A stretch of DNA of 64,000 nt from an uncultured Clostridia bacterium (lineage in GTDB: Bacteria > Bacillota > Clostridia > TANB77 > UBA1234). Position numbers and translations under genes: made by a program. Below are positions 15,001 to 20,636 of this stretch, one piece after another. Each line of letters opens with the position of its first letter. Positions within the stretch are counted from its first letter, which is position 1. The DNA lies in NCBI GenBank assembly GCA_947164995.1, contig CAMUYU010000002.1, positions 3,909 through 67,908 on the forward strand, written 5' to 3'. The notes beneath the pieces were generated by a model. That model searched no databases and had not been told where the DNA came from. It saw only the letters and a program-made list of their open reading frames with translations.

Positions 15001-17568
15001 TATGAAGGAAATAACGATACAGCATCTAGAGACTTTGTAATATGTGTTGAAGAATTAGATATTAATGATGTTACAAAAGAATACAAAGATGCAGTATATA
15101 CAATTAATGATATTTCAGGAGATATAATAGTTAAATCTAACCTTGGAACAGAGCTTCCAAAAGCAGGATTTGACATATCATTTGGTAGATCTACACCAAA
15201 AGATGTTGGAACATATACAATAATAGTTTCAGGAAAATCTGGAAGTGATTACGAAGGATTAATTGGAACATCAGAATTTACAATTACAGCAAAAACTACT
15301 TTCACAGTAGAAGATATTGATGATGTAGATTATACAGGTACATCTTCAAAACCAGAAGTAGAAGTTACAGGTATAAACGATGCTGAACTAGAAGAAGGCA
15401 AAGATTATATAGTTACTTATACAGGAACAGATTTTGAAGGAAACGAATACAATAGCACTACACCTCCTACAAAAGTTGGTGATTACCAAGCTACAATTAC
15501 TGGTATTGGTAATTATGCTGGTGCTGAAGAAGTTAAAGAATTTAGTATTAATGCTATTGAAGATGGAGATATTGATGCTACACTTTCTCAAACAGAATTT
15601 GTATATAATGAATTAAACCAAGTACCTGTTGAAATTGTTAAATTCTTAACATCAAATAGTACAATAATGTTAGTAGCTGGCACAGACTATGATATAGCTT
15701 ATGAAACAGCAAGTGGAGATAGTATAGCAAAAGCAAATATCATTGAAATAGGAGAGTACAAAGCAGTAATAACATTAAAAGGTAACTATGATGGTGAAAT
15801 AGAGTTAGACTTTAAGATTTCAGAACAAAATATTAATTCGCTTAATATTTCTGTAAAAGAAAATTCTAAAGAATACAATAAAGAACCACAAGAAATTGAA
15901 TTAGTTGTTAAAGATGCAAAAGGAAATGTACTAGAAGAAGGTACAGATTATAAGATTACTTACTACAAAGATTCTTCATTTACAACACCTACATCTACAC
16001 AAGATGGTGCTACAGCATCAGGAAAAGCTCCTGCAAATAGCGGTAAGTACTATGTAAAGATTGAAGGATTAGGTAAGTATGACGATGTAGTATCTGATGC
16101 AGTATTTGCAATTACTAAAAAATCAATAGATGATTTAAATGTTGCAAGTATCGCAGATCAAATATTTGATGGAAGTGCTAAAGAACCAGCAGTAACAGTA
16201 AAAGATGGCAATGATGTAATTCCATCAAGCGATTATGAATTATCATACAATAACAATACAAACATTGGAGAAGGTACAGCAAGTGTTACAATTACAATGA
16301 AAGATAGTAGTAATTATAAAGGTAGCAAGACAGTATACTTCTCAATAGTAGTTGGTCAAGATGAAGAAACTTCTATAGTATTACAAGATAGTAATGGTAA
16401 CAACATTTCAGATTCTACATATATATATGATGGAACTGAAAAGAGACCAACTCCTGTTGTATTACGTGCAGGAAGATTATTAGAAGAAGGTAAAGATTAC
16501 ATTGTAACATATTCAAATAATAAAAATGCAGGTACAGCAACAGCTACAATTACACTAAAAGGAGATTACTCTGGAACAGTTTCACAAGAATTTACTATTA
16601 ATCCATTAAGTATTGAAAATGCAGAAGTAGTTGCAAAACCAAATGCATCTGTATATACAGGAAAGAAAATTAACCCTCCAGTTATAGTTACTGTTGAGAC
16701 AGGTGATGGACTTTCAATTAAACTTAATGAATCGGATTATGAAACTACATATCCAGAAAAATCTACAAATCCAGGCACTTACACAGTTACAGTAAATGCA
16801 AAATCAGATAATTTTGTAGGAACAGCAACTGGAACTTACACAATATTAAAACAAAAAACTGGAATGTCTGGTGGCGGAGGCGGTAATAAACAAACTACTG
16901 TTACTCCAACACCAAGTGGAGATGTTGTAGAAGATGACTCATTACTAGATAAGATAAATCATAATAGCTACATCACAGGTTATGAAGATTCAACATTTAA
17001 ACCAGATAGAAGCATGACAAGAGCAGAAGTTGTAACAATATTTACAAGATTATTAAAGAATAAGAATGTAGATGTTACAGCAGAAAATCCATTTACAGAT
17101 ATTGACGACCATTGGGCAAAAGAATATATCCTAATAATGAACGAACTTGGAATTGTAAAAGGTTATGAAGATGGCACATTTAAGCCAGAAAACAAGATTA
17201 CAAGAGCAGAATTTGCAACAATGATTTCAAGATTTGAAAAAGTTCAAAAAGTGGCAATGGATACAAACTTCTATGATGTACCAGAAGACCACTGGGCATA
17301 TGATACAATTAACTATGCAAGATATATGGGTTGGATTTCAGGTTATGAAGATGGTTCATTTAAACCAAATAATTCAATCACCAGAGCAGAAGCGGTTACT
17401 ATTATCAATAGAATGCTTGGAAGAGCAGGAGACGTAGATAATATTAACAAACATTCATCATTAAATGTATTTACAGATATTGATGAACACTGGGCATATT
17501 ATGGAATTGTTGAAGCGACAATTGGTCATGAATATGAATTTGAAAATGGAATAGAAATCTGGAAATAA
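1..17568 (+). CDS. Giant S-layer-anchored surface protein/adhesin, 5'-partial (>5,850 aa). It has N-terminal parallel beta-helix-like G-rich repeats, a Listeria-Bacteroides-type repeat, dozens of tandem ~85-90 aa MBG/Ig-like modules and a C-terminal 3x SLH anchor.
   Basis: The frame is open from the window edge (no in-frame stop upstream of nt 16) to the TAA at 17566-17568. The first ~720 aa carry GGGV/GGAI/NGAG turns. A 'VTYNKNNATSGTLP...FLGWS...FYAVWA' repeat is present. Many modules match 'YNG..Q.P...DY.V.Y.NN.N.G.A...GKGNY.G' or 'K.YG..D..L.F...GL...D.F.G...R..GE.VG.Y.I.QN.L...NYD' (MBG YGX-like). There is a G-rich linker (MSGGGGGNKQ) before the SLH motifs. Confidence 0.9.
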   Translation: MSWNAMGVYDNGCGPALYIGYKNDAKQVKATGNIYGGSILFNTALDVADKRYSADGGAVAVDRAKLYIRGGLISNSRGAFANSGGTGANGGAISARNYSEVYMYGGEISNNYTGCLGGGVALWYSKFHMYGGIITRNYGYYGGGVGMSCKTAQVDGEYRGCEIYLYNDATISENLAEYGGGVSAGGLDRGYKAQFVMLNGNIINNTALVEGGGICNYNYVLSYLDLRGGTISNNIAPNGAGISIRNETGKVSDATDEQKMANLIHFSGGISVNTNNEIYIKTLNSITDTETLGGTTYDINRYQTPILVKGRLNSAGTIGMIKLEGYNNFVGTKNNRTNVLDLVKFLRDDGGALEVQSNKFSIDTNQYILEEVMEKSTLRLKELASAQAEEYVARIGDVLYPSLKQAVGAANDGDTIYIINNLTLVETIDVDKEVTIVSETTKTRNDSNVLDGAFKDPNGVTLTHFRYQPLGDYTVSLTSTFGDNANNTSGFIVEDGGTLHLGDSAYREEDISISLGGYLAFDGNSGHKVNGALVRVKDGGILKANAGVGITNNAVNNNINGAGVYVEQGGLFELNGATIKNNISNANGAGIYTEGDVTIKTGHVDDNEAVNGGGIYVANGGTLLALNGDLIRNSASADGAGLYVDAGGTATINNIDINQNTATNNGAGVFVATSGLFTMKDGMIRNNRTVNGNGSGIYLDGKATLSGGTILDNTISTYNENPLGRGIYLDGELHVSGSVVVKEENPIYITEGNYIHIDDSLTTSYAIPINTEIMAANTKVAIIDAEESEEIEKISLTNKSIYEITEDKPIIGKAEGDHYYLVYGTIKVTYNKNNATSGTLPIDNNEYSGGDAVTPLENTAGDPLARGSYVFLGWSVNQSTPITSAASELALDIYYPTDLHEGVIYKHEYNVFADTTFYAVWAIDANRNGTPDYRENVLNITIAPSENGSITSNINEAQGGTLVMLTTSPGDGYEVDTIEVRYTLNGVEGVYSLENGKVVKLTETYYYFNMPLADATIYTTFKEQSIYEVKVMWDDGTEQEFGTLQEAILVMQEKPDGKEGRKITLLKYVYSAIELQIPSGLSFDLDLAGYTLDMNHLDFTIDSGAQVRIMDSMNGGRITFNSSGGSNGIANNLVNNGTLTINSGTITMDEGDTSTEKLIDNNGTLTIAGGTIKHNDTNGIAIYNNGMLTATGGNINGGKYGIYHANSTDENSFDFSGFGTEETYGINLENYVSSIFLAKNTYINVSNVIGNCSNDNVVADENRIELFLDDTIGTNEPLIKSNRMQYMVKHFRMHFDLQNRDNQEMVVDSNNCAVLITKPGKLYTAASEATYQYRTDTTVTASLFDTEGNPYVGATGKVFFFVFDTKYGWHDMWDTNAHIFRPKNPNDPNSEIYGFQDAVGSVDIDSATGVATCTFANDDLSLDTYYIFALYFGDGIYDTFSVDGNETFGYKGPIQVKNDDQGTFTITKKDINDPTITINTTLEKHYNGQEQEVSIEVYDGEHKLTLDDDYTVTKPASLIDAGTYNITITGKGNYENQTTKQFVIKKYNDQINIDGVSLRYNFTGSAPNIVFDGTTPTAGVRDNHNLALTHGTDYSIKYQHLNNTTEQYEDLAGIPSAVGVYKVIATVLSSSTNYEEGLTAEAAFIISDEGSQYDVTFENDTLTYNGEERTIEELGAVTVKRRASEGVEELVLDSSNYSVMFGTSNVKNVGTYSVIIQGKGTYENVSLAENITIVPKALNSTNTTITFAESEYYYTSRARVPEIVNIEVDGVNTSGEAGGTPLAVDVDYYTSVEGDSINIGNPVFKFRTLNGNYTGSIDYPYEIKPRDITNNENVTISVYQTGFSGSEVRPTVTVIDRVSGTSRILVETVDYTVTYRAKDIADNTALISEHGYPINKGTYEAVIEGVNNYIGSKVETFVIGNYKGRIIAELDPNVYTYAGNASVLEGSIKKALTVTRGTDGAELEYGVDYVLGYNTPENTVVPSEVGDYLLYIVGIGNYDEVQTTTTYTVSPLTGTINLVLESNSLVYNGQVQYPQIKKDESYLLLDGVTVYLSSLTENVDYAVIASEDSKDVGGYTLQVNGIGRYAGNYNFANYQIVSKQLTDSNIVVNSTAPVEKTYNGEEQTLVFGASGDVWVEYRVDENTVVILEEGTDFDVIYNNNIESGIAVAVIVGKGNYSKANSYLFSIEKRNIGNGTVATGYTVNEAVDMAYTGAACIQDFTLVDTELNRTLVEQTDYEVTYENNINVGEASYVITGKGNYMGTIEGTFNVLTNHTISIIANDTFEFVDEPVNDLITVKDSLDHVLSQSEYSLTYYKDDTFTTKTSALDGATGEGLVPANSGTYYRKVVGISQNYEGLVATASFIIKEPKGATVNMNYSNTTYNYDGDVHSATIELVDSNRDPIPSGDYTVTYYKDVDFQEKTNTQDGATSEGSAPANAGTYYVRVVGLNDYRDFDSYVVFTIKPLRIQDMDIEAVSDSVYTGSAITPKPEVSWMKESTKITLVENTDYEYVYSNNINVGEAIVVVKALDTSKNYEGSATITFSILASLDLDAHLENEQVTYNGSVQKPAKSEIYIGTKSIEQLEAEGTTYDVSYGAGNYKDVGTYEIVVQNGNEEKTLTYTILTKELIVTPKANQGKTYGALDSTLKFTTNIATESGLYADDTFAGSIARTAGEDVGEYAITQNDLSANNYDITFSGDVKFTITAKDIADSNVTIHGVEEKYTYNGSNVTPNVLMTYASSQGNLALANGTDFEVVSYEKFDADSNSYVATSNTKEVGKYRINLAGKGNYTGNKYVEFEIETMKAFNASFADTTKTYNRNPQNPTVKVSSVSGLLTLNEDYKYVYYTDSSYSLKTDTTSGASIEGGAPVNVGNYYLRVEGIGNYVGCVAESEFRITPKNIQDKISGNDFEITVSDIADQVYTGREITPSVTVTWNGVVLTNTEYTISYSSNINAGVANYRVTGIGNFEGTRTGVFNIVANGSGEIIVTLTDGLGNEVTATESSYEYDGTSHEPTVEVKLNLDGDEIILVENSDYAVTFANTVDAGLASVNVLLTGNYAGNIEKQYLIAKRDINDATLTITPTSVSYNGTVQKPSISLICDGTLLDSTTDYTVDFGTGDYINSNVYSITISAVQDGNFENSINANFEITPYGTYEHEVFNIEFTSDKSAYLESEYSDVTNNIIVKDIDGNIVPSTDYTISYKRESDTTYVDTPSATVGKYVVKVTGKAGTNYSGAYATGVRGYVVYTDNLTAEPIEITYDGQVHTISTSDVVVKTAGGQTLNTNDYEVSFGDIEVKKAGLYTIYITGKNDYSNATGSGQYKIKPATFTVEDVASRTYDGSVHEVSVVAKGINNTTLEQGVDYEISFTGSLLSGSHYDSNRPPRDAGNYSIIVTGRGNYAGTEEEVDYIVLPKSLSDSEIQINVTNNNQQYNGMAKQAAISVVYNLGTYSINLNGDVDYEITSPTEYTNAGSYTITLTAKPGNYKDSGSVTFTILPYTGKLQATMTTTTFNYGTTLETIEEGLSVKYNNEIFTRDMYDIVTYPSTTATPTVGNYTMTITAKGSNYVDGDEKAKAEIKFKVIPANQTQITFVSGDVVTYNGKTQKPSLEDMIVGEKTIAEWIADGKDCSVDYGEGNYKDVGLYSISSQYKEDGILIEESTGTFRIESAPVTVTPDSDQGKFYGENDTTLTFTTNITTGEHGLYESDEFSGQLARVQGENVGNYEIKQNGLTANNYDVTLTPGVNFEIKAKNVSDSEIEVTGVNASYSYTGTSIKPNVIVTYDSEKFGKLALANNQDFRVKYQYYDTERGEFVDISNDSDLVDVGRYKIVITGINNYTGTTEKEYEISSYVTSFVAIVSDNNKVYNKQVQKAQVQVTGSSTTLEEGRDYKVVYYINNSYTTKTNTSFELGGAIEEGGAPRNARTYYIEVEGIGNYTGSSSRATFVINPKPISDAEIQFTNITNQTYTGSNIEPQVILAWGTGLVEGTDYTITYANNKEIGTAEITIEGIGNYSESRKESFEIVPISNGVIGITLSQDSFVYDGNVKTPEVTVTYTVDGDTKTLTTNDYDVEFVNSVDRGTATVYVTLKDKYSGSSSATFEITAYDLEDANLVIEPTSSTYNGKKQNVTVSVYAGDTLLVQGTDYTLTVPEEMKNAGEYNISVSAVANGNYTGTKAGTYIINKYGVETADTLMLEFSNGKTTYKEQTTKAAFEGNLVVKDLNRNTLSSTDYVVTYSTNGTTYTSDFPTEAGSYFVKVTGTRTNYAGVNDVAVREFGIFVESVSVTNAQATYNNTVFTIADIEDQITITSDLGTSLSNDQFNISFGSTSPKDANTYTIIATGKPESEFSGLVGMSTFTVNPADITFSSISDVNYTGKSVVPTMTVSGVAGESVSQGKDYTISYTGTDTKGNTYSSDVAPINVGDYVATVNGIGNYTGTVSKTFKVKPTNISSTEIIVEIVNNETIYNTEVQNPVINAYYETSSGIIRLTKDVDFTVDNGSNVYKNAKDYTFRINATATSNYLGYKDVTYTIKPYTGVLTVSLSGDSIYTNGVTKDEVLSDLSITYRNDNLSLDDFNIVFTPDELTTGNYTIEVSAKNSIKNYYYSEEKFATGYTMFEIKEAEDITISLTESTHVYTANVIEVPDSNIKVNNSKTVEQLREENPTLTYEVTWSDTIKDVGSYTVTLRVLDGDNELQKATATYTVTVKDIGDDDIEESDVENQKYTGSEITPDFTLTYNNVELTSDDYTVIYKDNTSVGQAKIELVGKGNYEGTREITFNIVQEVSGDIEITLSEDEYTYDGSAKTPDITVHVGTTLLQEGVDYTVSYEDNVNSGTAKAKVTLKGNYSGTKEAEFIINKVDLDDVTVKLSDDVVYNGSAQKPSVTVTNGNVLLVENTDYEVSFEGDFINAGSYSVVITAKDDSNYDGEVTETFKVLKYGSNSKEKLFLEFENGEASYNEDVTQATFEQNLRVTDINGNVLLTTDYEVTYGGDFPNSVGAYTVTVTGKGTNYEGNNDTASRDFVICVEELDINDVTKEYKDAVYTINDISGDIIVKSNLGTELPKAGFDISFGRSTPKDVGTYTIIVSGKSGSDYEGLIGTSEFTITAKTTFTVEDIDDVDYTGTSSKPEVEVTGINDAELEEGKDYIVTYTGTDFEGNEYNSTTPPTKVGDYQATITGIGNYAGAEEVKEFSINAIEDGDIDATLSQTEFVYNELNQVPVEIVKFLTSNSTIMLVAGTDYDIAYETASGDSIAKANIIEIGEYKAVITLKGNYDGEIELDFKISEQNINSLNISVKENSKEYNKEPQEIELVVKDAKGNVLEEGTDYKITYYKDSSFTTPTSTQDGATASGKAPANSGKYYVKIEGLGKYDDVVSDAVFAITKKSIDDLNVASIADQIFDGSAKEPAVTVKDGNDVIPSSDYELSYNNNTNIGEGTASVTITMKDSSNYKGSKTVYFSIVVGQDEETSIVLQDSNGNNISDSTYIYDGTEKRPTPVVLRAGRLLEEGKDYIVTYSNNKNAGTATATITLKGDYSGTVSQEFTINPLSIENAEVVAKPNASVYTGKKINPPVIVTVETGDGLSIKLNESDYETTYPEKSTNPGTYTVTVNAKSDNFVGTATGTYTILKQKTGMSGGGGGNKQTTVTPTPSGDVVEDDSLLDKINHNSYITGYEDSTFKPDRSMTRAEVVTIFTRLLKNKNVDVTAENPFTDIDDHWAKEYILIMNELGIVKGYEDGTFKPENKITRAEFATMISRFEKVQKVAMDTNFYDVPEDHWAYDTINYARYMGWISGYEDGSFKPNNSITRAEAVTIINRMLGRAGDVDNINKHSSLNVFTDIDEHWAYYGIVEATIGHEYEFENGIEIWK
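16945..17565 (+). other. Triple SLH (S-layer homology) cell-wall anchoring region of the giant protein
   Basis: Three spaced motifs are present: FTDIDDHWAKEYI..., FYDVPEDHWAYDTINYA... and FTDIDEHWAYYGIVEA.... Each is followed by G(Y)EDG(T/S)FKP...ITRAE. Confidence 0.85.
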
Positions 17569-17572
17569 AATT

Positions 17573-17604
17573 AAAAGGTGTCTAAGAAATTAGACACCTT
17601 TTTT
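17573..17604. terminator. Bidirectional intrinsic terminator between the convergent giant gene and aspS
   Basis: The stem is GGTGTCTA/TAGACACC (17577-17584 and 17591-17598) with a 6-nt loop. It has an A-run upstream and a T-run downstream, so it reads as hairpin plus U-tract on both strands. Confidence 0.8.
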
Positions 17605-17605
17605 A

Positions 17606-19444
17606 TTAGCTTCTTAACTTAATATGTACTTCTCTTAATTGTTCTTCAGTGACAGCACTTGGTGCACCGCACATCAAATCTTCTGCGTTTGAAGTCATTG
17701 GAAAAGCAATAACATCACGAATAGTTGTTAAGTCTTTTAGAAGCATTATCATTCTATCTACTCCTGGTGCCATGCCTGCATGAGGAGGAGCACCATATTG
17801 AAATGCTTTATACAAAGCTCCAAACTTTTCTTTTACAACTTCTTCATCATGGCCTGCAATCTTAAATGCTTCGACCATAATATCTGGTCTGTGGTTTCTA
17901 ACAGCACCAGAAGAAAGCTCAACTCCATCACAAACAATGTCATATTGGTATGCTAAAATCTCAAGTGGTGGCAAAGTTTTTAAGCTCTCTAAGCCTCCTT
18001 GTGGCATAGAAAATGGGTTGTGCATAAAATCAATTTTTCCAGTTACAGGATCCATTTCGTACATTGGAAAATCTGTAATAAAACAAAATTCAAAACGACT
18101 AGTGTCTACTAAATCTAGCTTCAATCCAAGCTCTGTACGAATTTGCCCTGCAAATTTACTTGCAACTTTTTCAAATGCATCAGAGATGAAAAATAACACA
18201 TCTTCATCTTTTAATTCATAGTCTTCTTTTAGCTTAATTCTTTGAGCTTCTGTTAAATATTTTGCAATAGGACCTTTAAAAATTGTATCCTCATCAACAA
18301 TTATTTCAGAACTTCTTTCTTCTTCAGTTTCTTCAATTCCAGAAGCCTCATGCTTTTTAGAAAGAGATTCTTTACTATAAACTTCAATATATCCCAAGCC
18401 TTTCATGCCAATACTTAAAGCAAATTCTAACATTTTCTCAAAGAAAGATTTTGGCATTTTTGTAGCATGAGGTGCAATAATTCCTCTTACAGGTTTAGAC
18501 TTAAACGCTTTAAAATCTACTTCTTTAAAAAATGAAGTTAAATCAATTATAGTAAGAGGGTTCCTTAAATCTGGTTTATCTGTGCCATATTTTAGCATTG
18601 ATTCTTTAAAAGGTATTCTTACAAATGGAGGCTTTGAAACCTCTTTGTCTGAAAACTTTTTAAATGTTTCATAAAGTACTTCTTCAGCAACTTTAAAGAC
18701 ATCTTCTTGGTCTGCAAAAGCCATTTCAAAATCTAGTTGATAAAACTCTCCAGGGCTTCTATCTGCTCTGGCATCTTCGTCTCTAAAGCAAGGTGCAATT
18801 TGAAAATACCTGTCAAAGCCTGAAGTCATTAATAATTGTTTAAATTGCTGTGGCGCTTGTGGAAGTGCATAAAACTTTCCTTTGTGTTTTCTAGATGGAA
18901 CTAAATAATCTCTTGCTCCTTCTGGAGAACTGCAAGTTAAAATAGGAGTAGTAATTTCAGTAAATCCTAAACCTTCCATCTTACTTCTTAAAAAGCTAAC
19001 AACTTTTGAACGAAAAATAATGTTGTCGTGAACAGCTTTGTTTCTTAAATCTAAGAATCTATACTTTAATCTTAAATCTTCTGCTGTTTCAAGAGATTTA
19101 GATATTTCAAAAGGAAGCTCAGATTTTGATGTGCCAAGAACTTCAATTTTTTCAGCTAACAACTCAACTTCGCCAGTTGGTATTTTGTTGTTGTAAGTCT
19201 CCTCATCTCTTAAAATTATTTTGCCTTCAAAAGAAACTACAGTCTCTTTGTGAACATCTTTTAGCATTTTGTCGTCATGTACTACGATTTGAGAAACACC
19301 AGTTTCATCTCGTAAGTCAACAAACAAAACACCGCCGTGGTCTCTTATAGTTTCAACCCAGCCAGCAAGCTTATGTGATTCGCCAATGTGATTTCTTCTC
19401 ATCGCCCCACACATTAAAGTTCTGTACAAACTCATCTTCATCAT
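17606..19444 (-). CDS. aspS: Aspartate--tRNA ligase (bacterial-type class II AspRS)
   Basis: 612-aa ORF. N-terminal OB-fold GWVETIRDHGGVLFVDLRDETG, motif 2 region CFRDEDARADRSPGEFYQLDFEMAF and motif 3 YGAPPHAGMAPGVDRMIMLL are present. The start could be M1 or M4 (19435). Confidence 0.93.
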   Translation of the reverse strand: MMKMSLYRTLMCGAMRRNHIGESHKLAGWVETIRDHGGVLFVDLRDETGVSQIVVHDDKMLKDVHKETVVSFEGKIILRDEETYNNKIPTGEVELLAEKIEVLGTSKSELPFEISKSLETAEDLRLKYRFLDLRNKAVHDNIIFRSKVVSFLRSKMEGLGFTEITTPILTCSSPEGARDYLVPSRKHKGKFYALPQAPQQFKQLLMTSGFDRYFQIAPCFRDEDARADRSPGEFYQLDFEMAFADQEDVFKVAEEVLYETFKKFSDKEVSKPPFVRIPFKESMLKYGTDKPDLRNPLTIIDLTSFFKEVDFKAFKSKPVRGIIAPHATKMPKSFFEKMLEFALSIGMKGLGYIEVYSKESLSKKHEASGIEETEEERSSEIIVDEDTIFKGPIAKYLTEAQRIKLKEDYELKDEDVLFFISDAFEKVASKFAGQIRTELGLKLDLVDTSRFEFCFITDFPMYEMDPVTGKIDFMHNPFSMPQGGLESLKTLPPLEILAYQYDIVCDGVELSSGAVRNHRPDIMVEAFKIAGHDEEVVKEKFGALYKAFQYGAPPHAGMAPGVDRMIMLLKDLTTIRDVIAFPMTSNAEDLMCGAPSAVTEEQLREVHIKLRS

Positions 19445-19470
19445 TCCTTTCTATTTTAAATTTTTGTATA

Positions 19471-19510
19471 TAAAAACGCCCCATATATGAAAGCTATTCA
19501 TATATGGGAC
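19471..19510 (-). terminator. Second terminator-like hairpin inside the aspS leader
   Basis: The minus strand reads CGUCCCAUAUAUGAA-UAGCU-UUCAUAUAUGGGGCG followed by UUUUUA. This is a 15-bp stem, about 30 nt upstream of the aspS start. Confidence 0.55.
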
Positions 19511-19562
19511 GAGTTATATTGTGATTAATTATAACTTGATTTTAAGTAGCGAAATGCTGCTA

Positions 19563-19598
19563 TAAAAACAAAAAATCCCTCGCATGAAACATGCAAGG
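19563..19598 (-). terminator. T-box-associated intrinsic terminator
   Basis: The minus strand reads CCCUUGCAUG-UUU-CAUGCGAGGG followed by AUUUUUUGUUUUU. Its 5' arm lies just 3' of the T-box sequence, as expected for the antiterminator/terminator switch. Confidence 0.75.
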
Positions 19599-19820
19599 GA
19601 CGAATAATCTTATAATCGTGGTACCACCCAAATTTGATATCTAACAATATCCTTTCTATGTTAACGCCATCGCAAGCGAGCTTACTTTGCATAAGCAAAC
19701 TCATAAGGTGTTCTTTCACCAAGCTCATATATGAGTACTTTCAGCCGTTTTCGATACTCACTCTCTAAATAGTGTTGCTAGGGTACTTTTCCTTAATCAC
19801 CGTTTTTCAAATATCTTGTT

Positions 19821-19849
19821 TATTATAACATATTTATGTGAATTTGTCA
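19821..19849 (-). promoter_or_regulatory. Consensus sigma-A promoter driving the T-box leader and aspS
   Basis: On the minus strand, TTGACA (19849-19844) is followed by a 17-nt spacer and TATAAT (19826-19821). Confidence 0.75.
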
Positions 19850-19873
19850 AAAGAAAGTATAAATTGATGATTA

Positions 19874-19882
19874 ATGGTATAA
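19874..19882 (+). promoter_or_regulatory. Extended -10 (TGgTATAAT) promoter element for the sanA-like gene
   Basis: TGGTATAAT sits 20 nt upstream of the ATG at 19902. No good -35 element was found. Confidence 0.4.
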
Positions 19883-19901
19883 TATATGCGGATGTGATGA
19901 T

Positions 19902-20579
19902 ATGAAAAATAAATCAATAATAAGAAGAATTCTTTTAGCAATCTGGGGCCTTATCTCTCTTGGAATTATTTTTTCAATCATAATAGATTTGGAAGTAATA
20001 CTATCTACCAGAAAGCAAATAACAGATGATAAGGAATTTTTAAAAAATTTCGATGCTGATTGTATAGTTGTTTTAGGTGCTGGAGTATGGGGAAATAAGC
20101 CTAGTCCAATGCTAGAAGATAGATTACTTGAAGGTATAAATCTATATAATAATGATGTTGCAAACAAGATTATTTTAACGGGCGACCATGGAAGAAAAGA
20201 ATATGATGAAGTTAATGTAATGAAAGATTATACTATAAATAAAGGTATTCCATCAGAAGACTTATTTATGGATCATGCAGGCTTTTCGACATACGATAGC
20301 ATATATAGAGCAAAGTATATTTTTGGTGTGAAAAAAATGATAATAGTTACACAAAAATATCACTTATATAGGGCTTTATATATTGCAAATCAACTTGGAA
20401 TAGAAGCATATGGTGTAAGCGCCAATCCAAGAGAATACGCAGGACAATTATCAAGAGATGTTAGAGAGTACTTAGCAAGAAATAAAGAGTATGTAAAGTG
20501 CATTTTTAAACCACAATCAAAGTATTTAGGTGAAATGATACCAATTAGTGGAGATGGAAATGTGACAAATGATAAGTAA
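19902..20579 (+). CDS. sanA: SanA/YdcF (DUF218) family membrane protein
   Basis: An N-terminal TM helix is followed by VVLGAGVWGNKPSPMLEDRL...ILTGDHG...DHAGFSTYDS..R, the typical SanA pattern. Confidence 0.75.
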   Translation: MKNKSIIRRILLAIWGLISLGIIFSIIIDLEVILSTRKQITDDKEFLKNFDADCIVVLGAGVWGNKPSPMLEDRLLEGINLYNNDVANKIILTGDHGRKEYDEVNVMKDYTINKGIPSEDLFMDHAGFSTYDSIYRAKYIFGVKKMIIVTQKYHLYRALYIANQLGIEAYGVSANPREYAGQLSRDVREYLARNKEYVKCIFKPQSKYLGEMIPISGDGNVTNDK

Positions 20580-20636
20580 AAGCTATTTTCTTCCAATAAG
20601 AAGTTTGTCCCCATTTGTTTAAGAAAGGAAAAATTT

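Larger units (their letters stand above)
19445..19815 (-). promoter_or_regulatory. T-box riboswitch leader of aspS
   Basis: The minus strand reads AAAUUUGGGUGGUACCACG at 19634-19616, matching the T-box core GGGUGGUACC(G/A)CG. A terminator hairpin follows immediately. Upstream are AGAGAG, GGUGAAAG and AGUA elements typical of Stem I. I could not assign the specifier codon by eye. Confidence 0.8.

Noticed and set aside
666-15616. Seventeen short ORFs from the ORF track inside the giant gene (16 on the minus strand plus 15434-15616 in an alternative + frame)
   Set aside because: All are fully nested in the 17.5-kb ORF, are 60-89 aa long, are low-complexity, and lack RBS context. They are by-products of the repetitive composition.
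19525-19728. 67-aa minus-strand ORF upstream of aspS
   Set aside because: It coincides with the T-box leader, including the T-box core and the terminator, so it is non-coding regulatory RNA.
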